Shown piece after piece: positions 26,786 through 37,314 of a DNA stretch of 64,000 nt. Position numbers and translations under genes: made by a program. The notes under the pieces are model-generated. The model saw only the letters and a list, made by a program, of their open reading frames with translations. It did not search any database and was not told the DNA's origin. This DNA is from Sneathiella sp. GTDB lineage: Bacteria > Pseudomonadota > Alphaproteobacteria > Sneathiellales > Sneathiellaceae. The stretch covers positions 930 through 64,929 of the forward strand of contig JAIOYL010000001.1 in assembly GCA_021741195.1 (NCBI GenBank), written 5' to 3'. Within the stretch, counting starts at the first letter, position 1; each line of letters opens with the position of its first letter.

Positions 26786-27934
26786 GGCGGTCTCAGTCGC
26801 CCGCTTAGCGGCCGGGATTTTTTTGCTGGCGGATTTGAGTTGTCCGCAGGCCGCCATGATGTCGCGGCCACGCGGCACCCGGACAGGGGAGGAATAGCCG
26901 GCGTCATTGACGATTTTCGCGAAACGGTGGATCGCGTTATTGCTGGAGCATTGATACTGCGTACCAGGCCAGGGGTTGAACGGGATCAGGTTGACCTTGG
27001 CTGGAATATCATTCAAGAGCCGCACTAACTCCCGCGCATCGGCCGGACTATCATTGACGCCATCGAGCATGACATATTCGAACGTGATTCGCCGCGCATT
27101 ATTGCTGCCTGGATATTCCTTGCAGGCCTGAAGAAGCTCGCGGATCGGATACCGCTTGTTGATGGGCACCAGCTTGTCACGAATGTCGTCTGCCACGGCG
27201 TGAAGTGAAATCGCTAGATTGACACCGAGCTCTTCGCCGCATTGGCGGATCTTGGGAACAACGCCGGAGGTGGAGAGGGTAATCCGGCGCTTTGAGAGGG
27301 AAATGCCTTCTCCGTCCATAATGATTTTCAGGGCCTTTGCCACGTTATCGTAGTTCAGGAGCGGCTCACCCATGCCCATCATGACAATGTTCGAAATCAT
27401 CCGCTCACCCTTGGGGCTTGGCCATTCATTGATGGTGTCGCGAGCGACAAGCATCTGGGCGATGATTTCACCGGCGGTCAGATTGCGCACCAGCTTCATG
27501 GTTCCTGTATGGCAAAAGCTGCAGGTTAGGGTGCAGCCGACCTGGCTTGAGACGCAAAGCGCCCCGCGATCTTCTTCGGGAATATGGACGGATTCGACTT
27601 CCTGTCCGTCCGGGAATTTCACCAGCCATTTGCGGGTGCCATCGGTAGACTCCTGTAATGACGTAATTTCCGGCCGGTCTGCGGTAAAATGTTCAGGCAG
27701 CCGCGCCCGCATCTCTTTCGAGATCGAGGTCATATCCTCAAAATTGCTGGCGCCGCGGTAGTAAAGCCAGTGAAAAAGCTGACGTGCGCGCATTTTGGCG
27801 GATTTCGCATCCTCACCCGCCGCCATTAACGCGGCCGCCATTTCCTCCCGGTCAAGGCCAATCAGGCTCTTGCGGATGGCCAACAACTCCGGCTGCCGGT
27901 CAACGGCGTCAACGTCTGGAATCAAATGCTCCAT
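26777..27934 (-). CDS. rlmN: 23S rRNA/tRNA adenine-C2 methyltransferase (radical SAM)
   Basis: [43 protein letters not shown]. Confidence 0.97.
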   Translation of the reverse strand: MEHLIPDVDAVDRQPELLAIRKSLIGLDREEMAAALMAAGEDAKSAKMRARQLFHWLYYRGASNFEDMTSISKEMRARLPEHFTADRPEITSLQESTDGTRKWLVKFPDGQEVESVHIPEEDRGALCVSSQVGCTLTCSFCHTGTMKLVRNLTAGEIIAQMLVARDTINEWPSPKGERMISNIVMMGMGEPLLNYDNVAKALKIIMDGEGISLSKRRITLSTSGVVPKIRQCGEELGVNLAISLHAVADDIRDKLVPINKRYPIRELLQACKEYPGSNNARRITFEYVMLDGVNDSPADARELVRLLNDIPAKVNLIPFNPWPGTQYQCSSNNAIHRFAKIVNDAGYSSPVRVPRGRDIMAACGQLKSASKKIPAAKRATETASL

Positions 27935-27983
27935 CGAACTTTCAATCTATCTTAAAAAGCGGCTTATACTCTCGTCGGTGCGC

Positions 27984-28502
27984 TTAAGTACAGCTTTTTC
28001 TAATCTGCTGGTAAGCGGCGGTGAAGCCTTGTAGAGAATAGCTGTCGACCGTCAGCGTTCCGCGCTGCGACTTTCCCTTGACGACCATCTTGGATCCGCT
28101 TCGCATGGCATTGATCAGCTTTTCGTCGCTGCCACCTTCGGGTACCCAGGCAACCTCATTATTTGTTGCAAGGACAAATTTGCGATTTCCGATCAGGACA
28201 TCGACGGTGGATTTATCCATATAGGGATAACCGGGAATGTGACTAACCTCTTCTTTCGACTTGGATTTGGGGCGGAAGGTCACCATGATATAGATATCGT
28301 CGCGATTAACCCCCTGCGGCGTCGATTTGAGGGGTCGTGACAGCATATAGCAAACCTTGTTCCCGTTCTCGATCCAGCTATAGGCGAGCCAGTCGGTGAA
28401 AGTTCCGAGCGCACGCGGTTCTTGTTGCTGGGCGGTTGCCGGGCCTGGGATAGAAAAAACGGCTAAAGTGGCAAAGAAAATGGTTACGAGAAATCTAGTC
28501 AT
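27984..28502 (-). CDS. Invasion-associated locus B (IalB) family secreted protein
   Basis: Signal peptide from ATG at 28502. FTDW..Y...KVCY, LINAMRSGSKMVVKG.S.RGT...D.YSL.GFTAA. Confidence 0.8.
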   Translation of the reverse strand: MTRFLVTIFFATLAVFSIPGPATAQQQEPRALGTFTDWLAYSWIENGNKVCYMLSRPLKSTPQGVNRDDIYIMVTFRPKSKSKEEVSHIPGYPYMDKSTVDVLIGNRKFVLATNNEVAWVPEGGSDEKLINAMRSGSKMVVKGKSQRGTLTVDSYSLQGFTAAYQQIRKSCT

Positions 28503-28610
28503 GGGGAAAGAATACCGGCGGCTGGAAATTTTTTCCACCCCCGGCCCTATCAATTTTTCTTCATTTCGGATCATCCGCGATATTCTACCTTTTAATCGGT
28601 TCTTGTCGCT

Positions 28611-29150
28611 TTATTCGCTTCCGCGGCGTTTGATCGGCGCACCTTGAACGTGATCTTTCAGGGGAACCGGTTTGGATATTTCTCCGGTCGGCCGCTGGGC
28701 AAACCGGCCATGGGTGGCAATCCTGTCATACATAACGATTGCCCCCGCTGTTGCAACATTCAAACAGAATTTTGTCGGAATTTTGATGAAATAGTCACAT
28801 TTTTCCTGCATCGCCGGTGAGAGGGAGCCGCGCTCGCGCCCCAGGACATAGGCGGCTCCGATTGGGTGAAAGAAACTCGGGAGCTCCGTCGCTTCATCGA
28901 GCAGTTCAACGCCGACAATCTTGCAGCCCTTCGGCAACTGCATTTCCTCAAGATTGTTGTAATCGTACCAGGGGATGTTCTTTGGCGCGATACTGGTATC
29001 CGAGCGTGCCTTTCGAACCGAGTATTCGGCACCGATGGTAAAGACAAAACTCGCGCCAAAGGCGTTGGCGGTACGAAAAAGGTTGCCCGCGTTCATCGGC
29101 TTGCTGATTCCCTCGACGCCGATCCCAAAATATCCCCGGGATATTGCCAT
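28611..29150 (-). CDS. SpoU/TrmH family RNA methyltransferase
   Basis: KPMNAGNLFRTA, YVLGRERGSL, CLNVATAGAIVMYDR. Confidence 0.9.
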   Translation of the reverse strand: MAISRGYFGIGVEGISKPMNAGNLFRTANAFGASFVFTIGAEYSVRKARSDTSIAPKNIPWYDYNNLEEMQLPKGCKIVGVELLDEATELPSFFHPIGAAYVLGRERGSLSPAMQEKCDYFIKIPTKFCLNVATAGAIVMYDRIATHGRFAQRPTGEISKPVPLKDHVQGAPIKRRGSE

Positions 29151-29186
29151 TAATTCCTACTCCGCTGGCTGGTTTAATGCTAAAAG

Positions 29187-30251
29187 TTGAATGTTCCCAA
29201 AATAACACCCATGGTTCAGAATATGATTAAACGTTCCTCCCCTGATTCCGCAAGGCTTCCTTTTACCGTTACGGTCACGCGCGGACCCATGGTAGAAAGC
29301 CGTCATCAGGTTATCGCCGCAATATCGGATGCGCAGGGCAGATTGCTGAAAAGCTGGGGGAATGTCGAAAGCCCTGTTTACTTGCGTTCTGCCATCAAGC
29401 CCTTGCAGGCCCTGCAGCTGATAGAAACTGGCGCGGCCGATGCGTTCAACGTCAGCGAGAAGGAGTTGTCGCTCGCCTGCGCGTCGCACACAGGCGAACC
29501 GGTGCATGTCGAGGCCGTTACGGCGTGGCTGAAACGGATCGGGCTGGGCGTCGAGGATTTGGAATGCGGGAGTCACTGGCCGACATATGATCCGGCGGCA
29601 CGGGCGCTGGCGGCGGCCGGAAAGGAACCGACCGCGGCTCACAACAACTGTTCGGGCAAGCACACGGGATTTCTGACGACGGCCCGCCATATGGGGGAAG
29701 AAACAAAGGGCTATATCAAACTCGATCATCCCGTTCAGCGGCGGATTGTCAGTATTCTGGAGGATTTTACCGGTCTCAATCTTGGCAATGCGCCGGTCGG
29801 GATTGATGGCTGTTCCATTCCGACAATCGGTATTCCCCTGGACAAGGCGGCGTTCGTCTTCGCCCGATTTGCGGATCCCTCAAAGCTTGACGCGGATCGT
29901 GCTGCCGCCTGCCATCGTTTGCAAAAGGCGATATCGAAATATCCACAGATGATTGCGGGGTCCGACCGGCTCTGCACTGCACTTAACGAAGCTGCAAAAG
30001 GAAAAATGGTCGCCAAGGTCGGCGCGGAAGGTGTCTATCTAGCGGCCTTGCCTGAAGCCGGGCTCGGTATCGCCATCAAGGCTCTCGACGGTGCAACACG
30101 GGCGGTGGAGGTTGCTCTTGGCGCACTGCTTGATGAACTCGGAGTTCTCAATAACGATATACACAGGATCATTGATCCTTATGTACGGCCGGTCCTGCGC
30201 AACCGTAATAATATCGTCGTTGGTCATCTGGACGCGGTTTTCGATGGATAG
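29187..30251 (+). CDS. Asparaginase II family protein
   Basis: RSAIKPLQA, ASHTGEP.H, NNCSGKH, DGCSIP, KVGAEGV. True start may be ATG at 29210 or 29222. Confidence 0.9.
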   Translation: MNVPKITPMVQNMIKRSSPDSARLPFTVTVTRGPMVESRHQVIAAISDAQGRLLKSWGNVESPVYLRSAIKPLQALQLIETGAADAFNVSEKELSLACASHTGEPVHVEAVTAWLKRIGLGVEDLECGSHWPTYDPAARALAAAGKEPTAAHNNCSGKHTGFLTTARHMGEETKGYIKLDHPVQRRIVSILEDFTGLNLGNAPVGIDGCSIPTIGIPLDKAAFVFARFADPSKLDADRAAACHRLQKAISKYPQMIAGSDRLCTALNEAAKGKMVAKVGAEGVYLAALPEAGLGIAIKALDGATRAVEVALGALLDELGVLNNDIHRIIDPYVRPVLRNRNNIVVGHLDAVFDG

Positions 30252-30336
30252 CCGGTCTCGAAGATTGACCTTGGCTTTTGATCAGGGGTAAGTTTGCCAA
30301 TCGCAAAAACAATCAAGAATGAAAATAGGAAAAAAT

Positions 30337-31317
30337 ATGAAAGCGCTTGTTTGCAAGGAATTTGGCGATCCCGACATTCTGGTCATGGAGGATTTGCCAG
30401 AGCCGGAAGTTAAAAAGGGAATGGTGAAGATCGAAGTCCATTCAGTTGGTCTCAATTTCCCCGATACCCTGATGATTGCCGGGAAATACCAGTTCAAGCC
30501 GCCTTTTCCCTTCTCGCCGGGCATGGAATCATCGGGCATTGTGACAGCCGTTGGTGAAGGCGTTACCAAGGTCGCAGTAGGTGACCGGGTGATGGCCAAT
30601 CATGGCGTCGGCGGCTTTGCGGAATATGTGCTCGCGCCCGAAGACGGAACCTATAAAATTCCTGATAACCTGCCCTATGATCAGGCGGCGGGCTTTCCCG
30701 TAACCTATGGTACCACCTACCATGCTCTCGTCGATCGCGGCAATTTGCAGCCAGGTGAAGTGCTGCTGGTGCATGGTGCGGCAGGGGGTGTTGGTCTTAA
30801 TGCAGTGGAGCTTGGCAAGGCGCTTGGTGCCAGGGTCATAGGCACGGTTGGCTCTGATGACAAGATGGACATCGTCAAGCAATACGGCGCCGAGCATGTC
30901 ATCAATTATTCCACCGAGAATATCCGTGACCGGGTCAAGGAACTGACCGGCGACAAGGGCGCGGACGTGATCTACGATCCGGTTGGCGGCGATGCCTTTG
31001 ATCAGTCCATGCGTTGCATCAACTGGAATGGCCGACTGCTCGTGATCGGCTTTGCGTCTGGCCGGATCGCTGAGCTTAAAACCAATCTGGTTTTGTTGAA
31101 GGGTTGCTCGGTTGTCGGTGTGTTCTGGGGAGAGTTTGCCCGGCGCTATCCGGAACAAAACCGCGCCAATTTCATGGCCATGCTGGACATGGTTGAAAAA
31201 GGCAAGATCAAGCCGCATGTCTCCATGCATTTTCCGCTGGAAAAGGGCGCTGATGCCATGAAGGCGCTGCTCTCGCGCAAATCCACCGGCAAGGTCATCA
31301 TCACCGTCAAGGATTAA
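30337..31317 (+). CDS. NADPH:quinone oxidoreductase (MDR family)
   Basis: GLNFPD, LVHGAAGGVGL, DPVGG, GKVII. Confidence 0.92.
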   Translation: MKALVCKEFGDPDILVMEDLPEPEVKKGMVKIEVHSVGLNFPDTLMIAGKYQFKPPFPFSPGMESSGIVTAVGEGVTKVAVGDRVMANHGVGGFAEYVLAPEDGTYKIPDNLPYDQAAGFPVTYGTTYHALVDRGNLQPGEVLLVHGAAGGVGLNAVELGKALGARVIGTVGSDDKMDIVKQYGAEHVINYSTENIRDRVKELTGDKGADVIYDPVGGDAFDQSMRCINWNGRLLVIGFASGRIAELKTNLVLLKGCSVVGVFWGEFARRYPEQNRANFMAMLDMVEKGKIKPHVSMHFPLEKGADAMKALLSRKSTGKVIITVKD

Positions 31318-31323
31318 GCGGTC

Positions 31324-32562
31324 ATGGCGAAGGGGAGGGGGAAACTCGATTATGCGGTTAAGCGCCAGTATGAAGAATTCCCCTACCCGCCGCGCAATCC
31401 GGAAGACGAGAAACAACGCCTGATCGAGGGTAGTCCAAGCCATCTTGACGAGCTCAATCACTATTTGTTTGCTGGAAAGCGTGATTTTTCCAAGCCGTTT
31501 CGAGCGCTTGTTGCGGGCGGAGGCACAGGGGATGCGGCCATTATGCTGGCGCAGCATCTCGCAGATCGATGTGATCAGGGCACCGTCACCTATCTCGATC
31601 TATCGTCGGCCAGCCGTCAAATAGCCGAGGGGCGGGCAAAGGCGCGGGGCCTTACAAACATCGACTTTATGACAGGCTCCCTCCTTGACCTGCCGGCTAT
31701 GAAACTGCCGCTTTTCGATTATATCGATTGCTGCGGGGTGCTGCATCATCTGGAGGAGCCGGAAAAGGGGCTCAATGCCCTGACCGCCTGCCTCGCCGAG
31801 GAAGGGGGCATGGGGTTGATGCTCTATGCGACGCTCGGGCGAACAGGAGTCTATCCGGTTCAGAACGCCCTCAAGGCGCTCACATCAGGGGAAGCTCCCG
31901 CTCAGCAGGTGAAAATTGCTAAAGCCCTGTTGACGGATATGCCAAAAACCAACTGGCTGAACAAAAATACCAGCCTCGGCGATCATAAACTCGGGCAGGA
32001 CGCGGCGCTCTACGACCTGCTCCTGCATCCCCGTGATCGCAGTTATCTGGTGCCGGAGATACTCGAATTGCTCGACGGGTGCGGTATGGAGCTTGTCAGT
32101 TTTATCGAGCCGATCCGCTATACGCCGGAGCTTTATCTGACGGATAAGGACCTAGTGAAACGAACCCGGGATCTGGGTGAGGGCGTGCGGGCGGCGCTTG
32201 CTGAAAATCTTGCGGGCACCATCAAAACCCATACTTTTTACACGAAGAAGATCGTGAGCGGCGCTCCGGGTGTAGCCAGGTTGGATCCCGAGATGATCCC
32301 GTTCCTGAAAGATCGTAATCCGGAAGCTCTGGCCAAGGCGCTCGCGGCCCGCGCCAGCCTGACCGTGCATTTTGATGGCGAGAAAATGGTACTTCCTGTC
32401 CCGGAAGGCGCCGCGGATTTGGTTCGGAAAATTGATGGAAAAAGGACGCTTCGGGACATGCAAGCTGAACTTTCCCTGACGTGGCCAAATTTCCGCAGCC
32501 GTTTCGCCCCCGTCTATAAAATGCTGAACGGCCTGAACCTGTTGTGGCTTAAATCGGAATAA
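31324..32562 (+). CDS. Class I SAM-dependent methyltransferase with C-terminal extension
   Basis: QYEEFPYP, LVAGGGTGD motif I, DYIDCCGVLHHL. Confidence 0.85.
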   Translation: MAKGRGKLDYAVKRQYEEFPYPPRNPEDEKQRLIEGSPSHLDELNHYLFAGKRDFSKPFRALVAGGGTGDAAIMLAQHLADRCDQGTVTYLDLSSASRQIAEGRAKARGLTNIDFMTGSLLDLPAMKLPLFDYIDCCGVLHHLEEPEKGLNALTACLAEEGGMGLMLYATLGRTGVYPVQNALKALTSGEAPAQQVKIAKALLTDMPKTNWLNKNTSLGDHKLGQDAALYDLLLHPRDRSYLVPEILELLDGCGMELVSFIEPIRYTPELYLTDKDLVKRTRDLGEGVRAALAENLAGTIKTHTFYTKKIVSGAPGVARLDPEMIPFLKDRNPEALAKALAARASLTVHFDGEKMVLPVPEGAADLVRKIDGKRTLRDMQAELSLTWPNFRSRFAPVYKMLNGLNLLWLKSE

Positions 32563-32640
32563 GGTTGACGCCTCGGCTAACTGCAAGGCAGCGTTGCGTA
32601 TTTAAGGCTTTGAGTTTGTTTTGCACCAACGTAATCTGAT

Positions 32641-33612
32641 TTGATGGTATCTGTACACCCCCTGCTAAAGCCGATTTCGCGCGCGCCTGCCGTTGTTCAG
32701 GCAGCAAGTCTCATGATCCTTGCCTGCCTCGTTCTGTCGGTGATGGGAGGCTTGATCCGTTCCGTCGCAGATAGCGGAATGCCGGTCTTTCAAATCGTTT
32801 TGCTGCGAAACGTCGCGGGCCTGTTGTTCGTCCTTCCCTTGTTTATGAAAACCGGGCTGGGTGCGTTGAAAACGAAGCGTATCGGCGTTTACTTCGGACG
32901 GAGTCTGGTCGGTTTCGTCTCCATGCTGAGCTGGTTTTATGCAGTCAGCGTCCTGCCGCTTGCCGATGCGGTTGCCCTTAATTTTACGGCGCCGATATTC
33001 GGAACGATACTGGCGATTTTTGTCCTTCATGAAGTTGTCGGGATTCGGCGGGGAACGGCGATGCTGGTCGGGTTTTTGGGCGCGATGATTATTCTGAGAC
33101 CCGGCTTTACTGAAATGAGTCTCGGTTCTTATTCCGCGGTTTTCTCGGCTCTTACCATGGCCTGCTCGATAACTTTTGTGAAACTGCTGTCACGGACAGA
33201 GAACACGGCGGCCATTGTCGCCTGGACACAAATCCTGATCCTGCCGATGTCACTCATTCCGGCCTTATTCGTCTGGCAGGCGCCGACCCTTGAGCAGATT
33301 GTAACCATTCTGGCGATTGGGTTGCTGGCGACAGTCGGACATCTCTCCTTTACCAAAGCCTATTCTCTGGCTGATGCTTCCATTGTCATGCCGTTTGACT
33401 TTTTCCGGCTGATTTTTTCCGCCCTCATCGGCTTTATCTTCTTCCTGCAGGAACCGGATTTTTTCACCTATCTCGGCGCGGCGATCATTTTTGCATCCTC
33501 TACCTATATTGCGATCCGGGAATCGCGCGTGAGCGCCGCGGCGTCACGTGCAAAGGAAAAAGAGATTATCGCCCAAACAGCTGCCGAAACCAGATCGGGC
33601 TTAACCGGATGA
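32641..33612 (+). CDS. DMT/EamA family transporter
   Basis: 10 TM helices. LPLADAVALNFTAP, FLGAMIILRPG, VMPFDFFRL. Confidence 0.9.
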   Translation: MMVSVHPLLKPISRAPAVVQAASLMILACLVLSVMGGLIRSVADSGMPVFQIVLLRNVAGLLFVLPLFMKTGLGALKTKRIGVYFGRSLVGFVSMLSWFYAVSVLPLADAVALNFTAPIFGTILAIFVLHEVVGIRRGTAMLVGFLGAMIILRPGFTEMSLGSYSAVFSALTMACSITFVKLLSRTENTAAIVAWTQILILPMSLIPALFVWQAPTLEQIVTILAIGLLATVGHLSFTKAYSLADASIVMPFDFFRLIFSALIGFIFFLQEPDFFTYLGAAIIFASSTYIAIRESRVSAAASRAKEKEIIAQTAAETRSGLTG

Positions 33613-34532
33613 ATGTGGGCGCGCGGTCGGCGGCGTGGCTAAAGCTTTGGGACGGCATACCTGCCAATGGCCAGGGCGCTCTCTGGATGCTGCTTGGCGG
33701 CTTGCTCTTTTCCTGCATGAGTATGGGCATCAAGTTTCTTGGTGAGGGAATGGATAGTTTCCAGATCGCTTTTTTGCGGACGGTTTTCGGGTTTATCGTC
33801 ATCTTGCCCTTTGCATTGCGGCATGGAGTCGGCGCGCTGAGAACCAATGTCATCAAGCTTCATATCGCGCGCGCGTTTGTCGGTATCTCGGCGATGCTTT
33901 CGATTTTTTATGCGATTACCCACTTGCCGCTCGCTGATGCCGTCGCCCTTACTTTCACCCGCCCGCTCTTTCTGATTTTGCTCGCAGTATTGTTTCTGGG
34001 AGAGAAGGTCCGCTGGCGGCGCTGGTCGGCGACAGTGGCCGGATTTTTAGGCGTTCTCGTCATGGTGCAATCCCAGGCTCATTTCGAGCTTGCGTCCGTT
34101 GTTGCGCTTTTCGGGGCGCTGATGGTCGCGTCGGTTTCCGTATTCTTGAAAAAACTGAGTGTTACCGAAGCACCAACAACCATGATGTTTTATTTCGGGC
34201 TCTTTGCCTCCATCGTCTCGGCAATCCCGGCGGCTGTGGTCTGGGTGCCGCCCAGTCTTGAGGATCTGGCAATTCTGGTGTTTCTCGCCTGTTTTGGATC
34301 CGGTGCAAATTTCTGCGCGATCCGTGCTTTCTCGGTCGGTGAGGCAACGGCAGTTGCGCCGTTCGACTACACCCGTCTGATCTTTTCCGGCATTCTCGGC
34401 TATCTTGTTTTTGCCGAGATCCCCAACCCCGAGATGGTTTTCGGGGCAGGTATCATCGTCGCCTCAAGCCTCTATATCATTCGCCGTGAAGCCGGGCTTG
34501 GAAAAAAGAAACCGATCGTGCCGGAGAGCTAG
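33609..34532 (+). CDS. DMT/EamA family transporter (paralogue, overlapping start)
   Basis: LPLADAVALTFTRP, VAPFDYTRL. 4-nt overlap with the previous gene. Confidence 0.9.
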   Translation: MNVGARSAAWLKLWDGIPANGQGALWMLLGGLLFSCMSMGIKFLGEGMDSFQIAFLRTVFGFIVILPFALRHGVGALRTNVIKLHIARAFVGISAMLSIFYAITHLPLADAVALTFTRPLFLILLAVLFLGEKVRWRRWSATVAGFLGVLVMVQSQAHFELASVVALFGALMVASVSVFLKKLSVTEAPTTMMFYFGLFASIVSAIPAAVVWVPPSLEDLAILVFLACFGSGANFCAIRAFSVGEATAVAPFDYTRLIFSGILGYLVFAEIPNPEMVFGAGIIVASSLYIIRREAGLGKKKPIVPES

Positions 34533-34540
34533 AGCACTCC

Positions 34541-35182
34541 TTACAACGCGACATCGTATTCTGCTTCGGTTGCGGCTTTCACCTCGTCAAGCGTGACGCC
34601 GTCGGCAAGTTCGATCAATTTCATTCGGGGCGTACCGTTTTTTTCGAACTCAAACACTGCCATATCGGTAATGACCATGTCAACGACTTCTTTACCGGTT
34701 AAAGGCAAATTACAGGTTTTTAGAAGTTTCGGTTCGCCCTTGGCGGTATGCTCCATGACGACAATCACTTTTTTAACGCCAGCCACCAGATCCATAGCGC
34801 CGCCCATGCCCTTGACCATCTTGCCCGGGATCATCCAGTTGGCGAGATCACCATTTTGAGCGACCTGCATCGCGCCGAGAATGGAGAGATTGATATGGCC
34901 GCCGCGGATCATGGCGAAGCTGTCGGCATTGGAAAAATAGCTGGTAGTTGGTAATTCCGTGACCGTCTGCTTACCAGCGTTGATCAGGTCTGCATCCTCT
35001 TCGCCTTCAAATGGAAATGGGCCCATGCCGAGCATGCCGTTTTCACTCTGCAGCTGGATTTCCATTCCCTCCGGAATATAATTTGAAACAAGGGTCGGAA
35101 TGCCGATCCCGAGATTAACGTAGAAACCGTCTTCAAGTTCGCTTGCGGCGCGTTGCGCCATCTGTTCTCTGGTCCAAGCCAT
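34541..35182 (-). CDS. scoB: 3-oxoacid CoA-transferase subunit B
   Basis: [16 protein letters not shown] (catalytic Glu), KGMGGAMDL. Confidence 0.92.
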   Translation of the reverse strand: MAWTREQMAQRAASELEDGFYVNLGIGIPTLVSNYIPEGMEIQLQSENGMLGMGPFPFEGEEDADLINAGKQTVTELPTTSYFSNADSFAMIRGGHINLSILGAMQVAQNGDLANWMIPGKMVKGMGGAMDLVAGVKKVIVVMEHTAKGEPKLLKTCNLPLTGKEVVDMVITDMAVFEFEKNGTPRMKLIELADGVTLDEVKAATEAEYDVAL

Positions 35183-35206
35183 AGGGTATTCCTCTAAATC
35201 TTGCGG

Positions 35207-35923
35207 TCAGGCGACCTGATGACGGGGGCGGGTGGTCCGCTGTTCAATATGCTTTACCGGGTTGGGGACATGTACAATTCGCTGCACGTATACGCCTGGT
35301 ACGATAATATGATCCGGATCGATTTCACCCGAATCGACGAGATGTTCGACTTCGGCAACGGTAATCTTTCCTGCCGTCGCCATCATTGGATTGAAGTTGC
35401 GCGCGGTTTTACGGAATACGAGGTTGCCTTCCCTGTCGGCCATATAGGCGTGAACAAGCGCGACGTCGGCAGTCAGACCCCGTTCCATCACATAGTCTTC
35501 TCCATCGAAATTCTTCACTTCCTTGCCTTCCGCCACCAGCGTACCCACGCCGGTTTTTGTATAGAAAGCCGGAATGCCCGCGCCGCCAGCACGTATTTGT
35601 TCGGAAAGGGTTCCTTGCGGCGTGAAGACGACTTTCAGGTCTCCCGCCAGAAACTGCTGTGCGAAGAGTTTGTTTTCCCCGACATAAGAGGAAATCATGG
35701 TGGATATCTGCTTGCTTTCGAGGAGGACGCCCAGTCCGACCCCGTCTACGCCCGCATTGTTGGAAATGACGGTGAGATCTTTGACGCTGGACGCTTTCAC
35801 CGCATTGATCAGGGTTTCAGGGATACCGCAAAGGCCGAAGCCGCCTGACATCAAGGTCATCCCATCCTTTAAAATTCCGTCAAGGGCCGCTGTCGCGTCG
35901 GCATAAATCTTCCTGTCACTCAT
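35207..35923 (-). CDS. scoA: 3-oxoacid CoA-transferase subunit A
   Basis: GGFGLCGIPE, SNNAG, PQGTL.E.IRAGGAGIPAFYT, ARNFNP. Confidence 0.92.
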   Translation of the reverse strand: MSDRKIYADATAALDGILKDGMTLMSGGFGLCGIPETLINAVKASSVKDLTVISNNAGVDGVGLGVLLESKQISTMISSYVGENKLFAQQFLAGDLKVVFTPQGTLSEQIRAGGAGIPAFYTKTGVGTLVAEGKEVKNFDGEDYVMERGLTADVALVHAYMADREGNLVFRKTARNFNPMMATAGKITVAEVEHLVDSGEIDPDHIIVPGVYVQRIVHVPNPVKHIEQRTTRPRHQVA

Positions 35924-35979
35924 TCTCAGGTTCCTTATCAAGCGGAGTCAATCGTCGTTTGACGAAGCTATATACCAAA

Positions 35980-36003
35980 AAAATTGTTGCTGTGCACAAT
36001 TTT
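35980..36003. promoter_or_regulatory. Palindrome AAAATTGT-N8-ACAATTTT containing TGCTGTGCACAA (PhaR-box-like)
   Basis: Upstream of scoA. TGC-N3-GCA core. Confidence 0.45.
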
Positions 36004-36050
36004 ATAAGGGTGATAAAGACAGACAGCAAAAATATCAATGCCGCTTTTTC

Positions 36051-36431
36051 CTATTCGGCCTCTGCCGGTTCCTTTTTCAGGAAAACGCGCGCCTTCTCCC
36101 GGTGACCGTCGGTGATATATTTTTGCACAGTCGCCATTGCCGCCATAAGGACGCTGGCATCATCCGTAAACCCTATTCCCGCAAGAAAATCAGGAATGAC
36201 GTCGGCAGGCATGACGAAATAGGCAAGGGCGCCGAACAGAACGGCCTTTACAAAGGCCGGACTCTTGCCGTCGATCGCGCAGTAAAAACTCGCCGTCACA
36301 TCTTCTGAAAACGGGATCCTGCCAATATTTTTGCGAATCTTATGGCCAAATTCCCGCATCACCAGACGTTTGTCGTTCTGCAGTTTCTCGCTGTCAAAAG
36401 CGGACGTATCATTTTCAGGGTTTTTATCCAT
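36051..36431 (-). CDS. YkvA/DUF1232 family protein
   Basis: GALAYFVMP.DVIPD...GIGFTDD. Confidence 0.88.
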   Translation of the reverse strand: MDKNPENDTSAFDSEKLQNDKRLVMREFGHKIRKNIGRIPFSEDVTASFYCAIDGKSPAFVKAVLFGALAYFVMPADVIPDFLAGIGFTDDASVLMAAMATVQKYITDGHREKARVFLKKEPAEAE

Positions 36432-36550
36432 GGATATAATATGTGCTTGTGAAGTTCTCATTGCAAGAAGCAGGTTCTTCACATTTCGAACGCGGGCGTG
36501 TATGCAATGACGTTGAAATCAGGGACATCCTTAAATACTGGAGAATAACA

Positions 36551-37312
36551 ATGGATATTTCCGAAAAAGCGGCGATTGTAACGGGAGGGGCATCAGGTCT
36601 CGGCGAAGCAACCGCCAGGATGCTGGCATCCGCCGGTGCCAAGGTCGCAATCTTCGATATGAATACAGATCTTGCTGAAAAAGTCGCCGCCGAAATTGGC
36701 GGAATAGCCTGCACGGCGAATGTTGCCGATGATGCGTCGCTTGAGGCGGCATTCGACAAGGCGCGCGCGGCCCACGGTCCCGCCCGCATTCTCGTCAATT
36801 GCGCAGGCATTGGTCCCGCCGCCAAAACAGTATCCAGCAAGGGCATGCATCCTTTGGATAAGTTCGAGCAGGTTATAGCCGTCAATCTTGTCGGCACGTT
36901 TAACTGCATTCGCCGTGCGGCGGCCGATATGCTGGAAATGGAGCCAATGGACAGCGGTGAGCGGGGCATCTGCATCAATACGGCTTCTGTCGCCGCGTTT
37001 GACGGCCAGATCGGCCAGGCGGCCTATTCAGCGTCAAAGGGCGGAATCGTTGGAATGACCTTGCCAATTGCGCGCGATCTCGCCTCCATTGGCGTCCGGG
37101 TCGTGACGATTGCGCCGGGGCTGTTCGAGACGCCGCTCCTCAAAAGCCTGCCCGATGACGTTCAGGCAGCGCTTGGCGCCAGCGTTCCCTTCCCGAGCCG
37201 TCTTGGCCATCCGTCGGAATATGCGGCCCTTGCGCGGCAGATCATGGAAAACCAGATGCTCAACGGTGAAGTGATCCGGCTTGACGGCGCGATCCGTATG
37301 GCGCCGAAATAA
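36551..37312 (+). CDS. SDR, 3-hydroxyacyl-CoA dehydrogenase type II (HSD10-like)
   Basis: [50 protein letters not shown]. Confidence 0.93.
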   Translation: MDISEKAAIVTGGASGLGEATARMLASAGAKVAIFDMNTDLAEKVAAEIGGIACTANVADDASLEAAFDKARAAHGPARILVNCAGIGPAAKTVSSKGMHPLDKFEQVIAVNLVGTFNCIRRAAADMLEMEPMDSGERGICINTASVAAFDGQIGQAAYSASKGGIVGMTLPIARDLASIGVRVVTIAPGLFETPLLKSLPDDVQAALGASVPFPSRLGHPSEYAALARQIMENQMLNGEVIRLDGAIRMAPK

Positions 37313-37314
37313 GA

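Noticed and set aside
30529-31557. 342-aa minus-strand ORF antisense to the quinone oxidoreductase
   Set aside because: Typical antisense open frame. The sense gene has clear MDR motifs.
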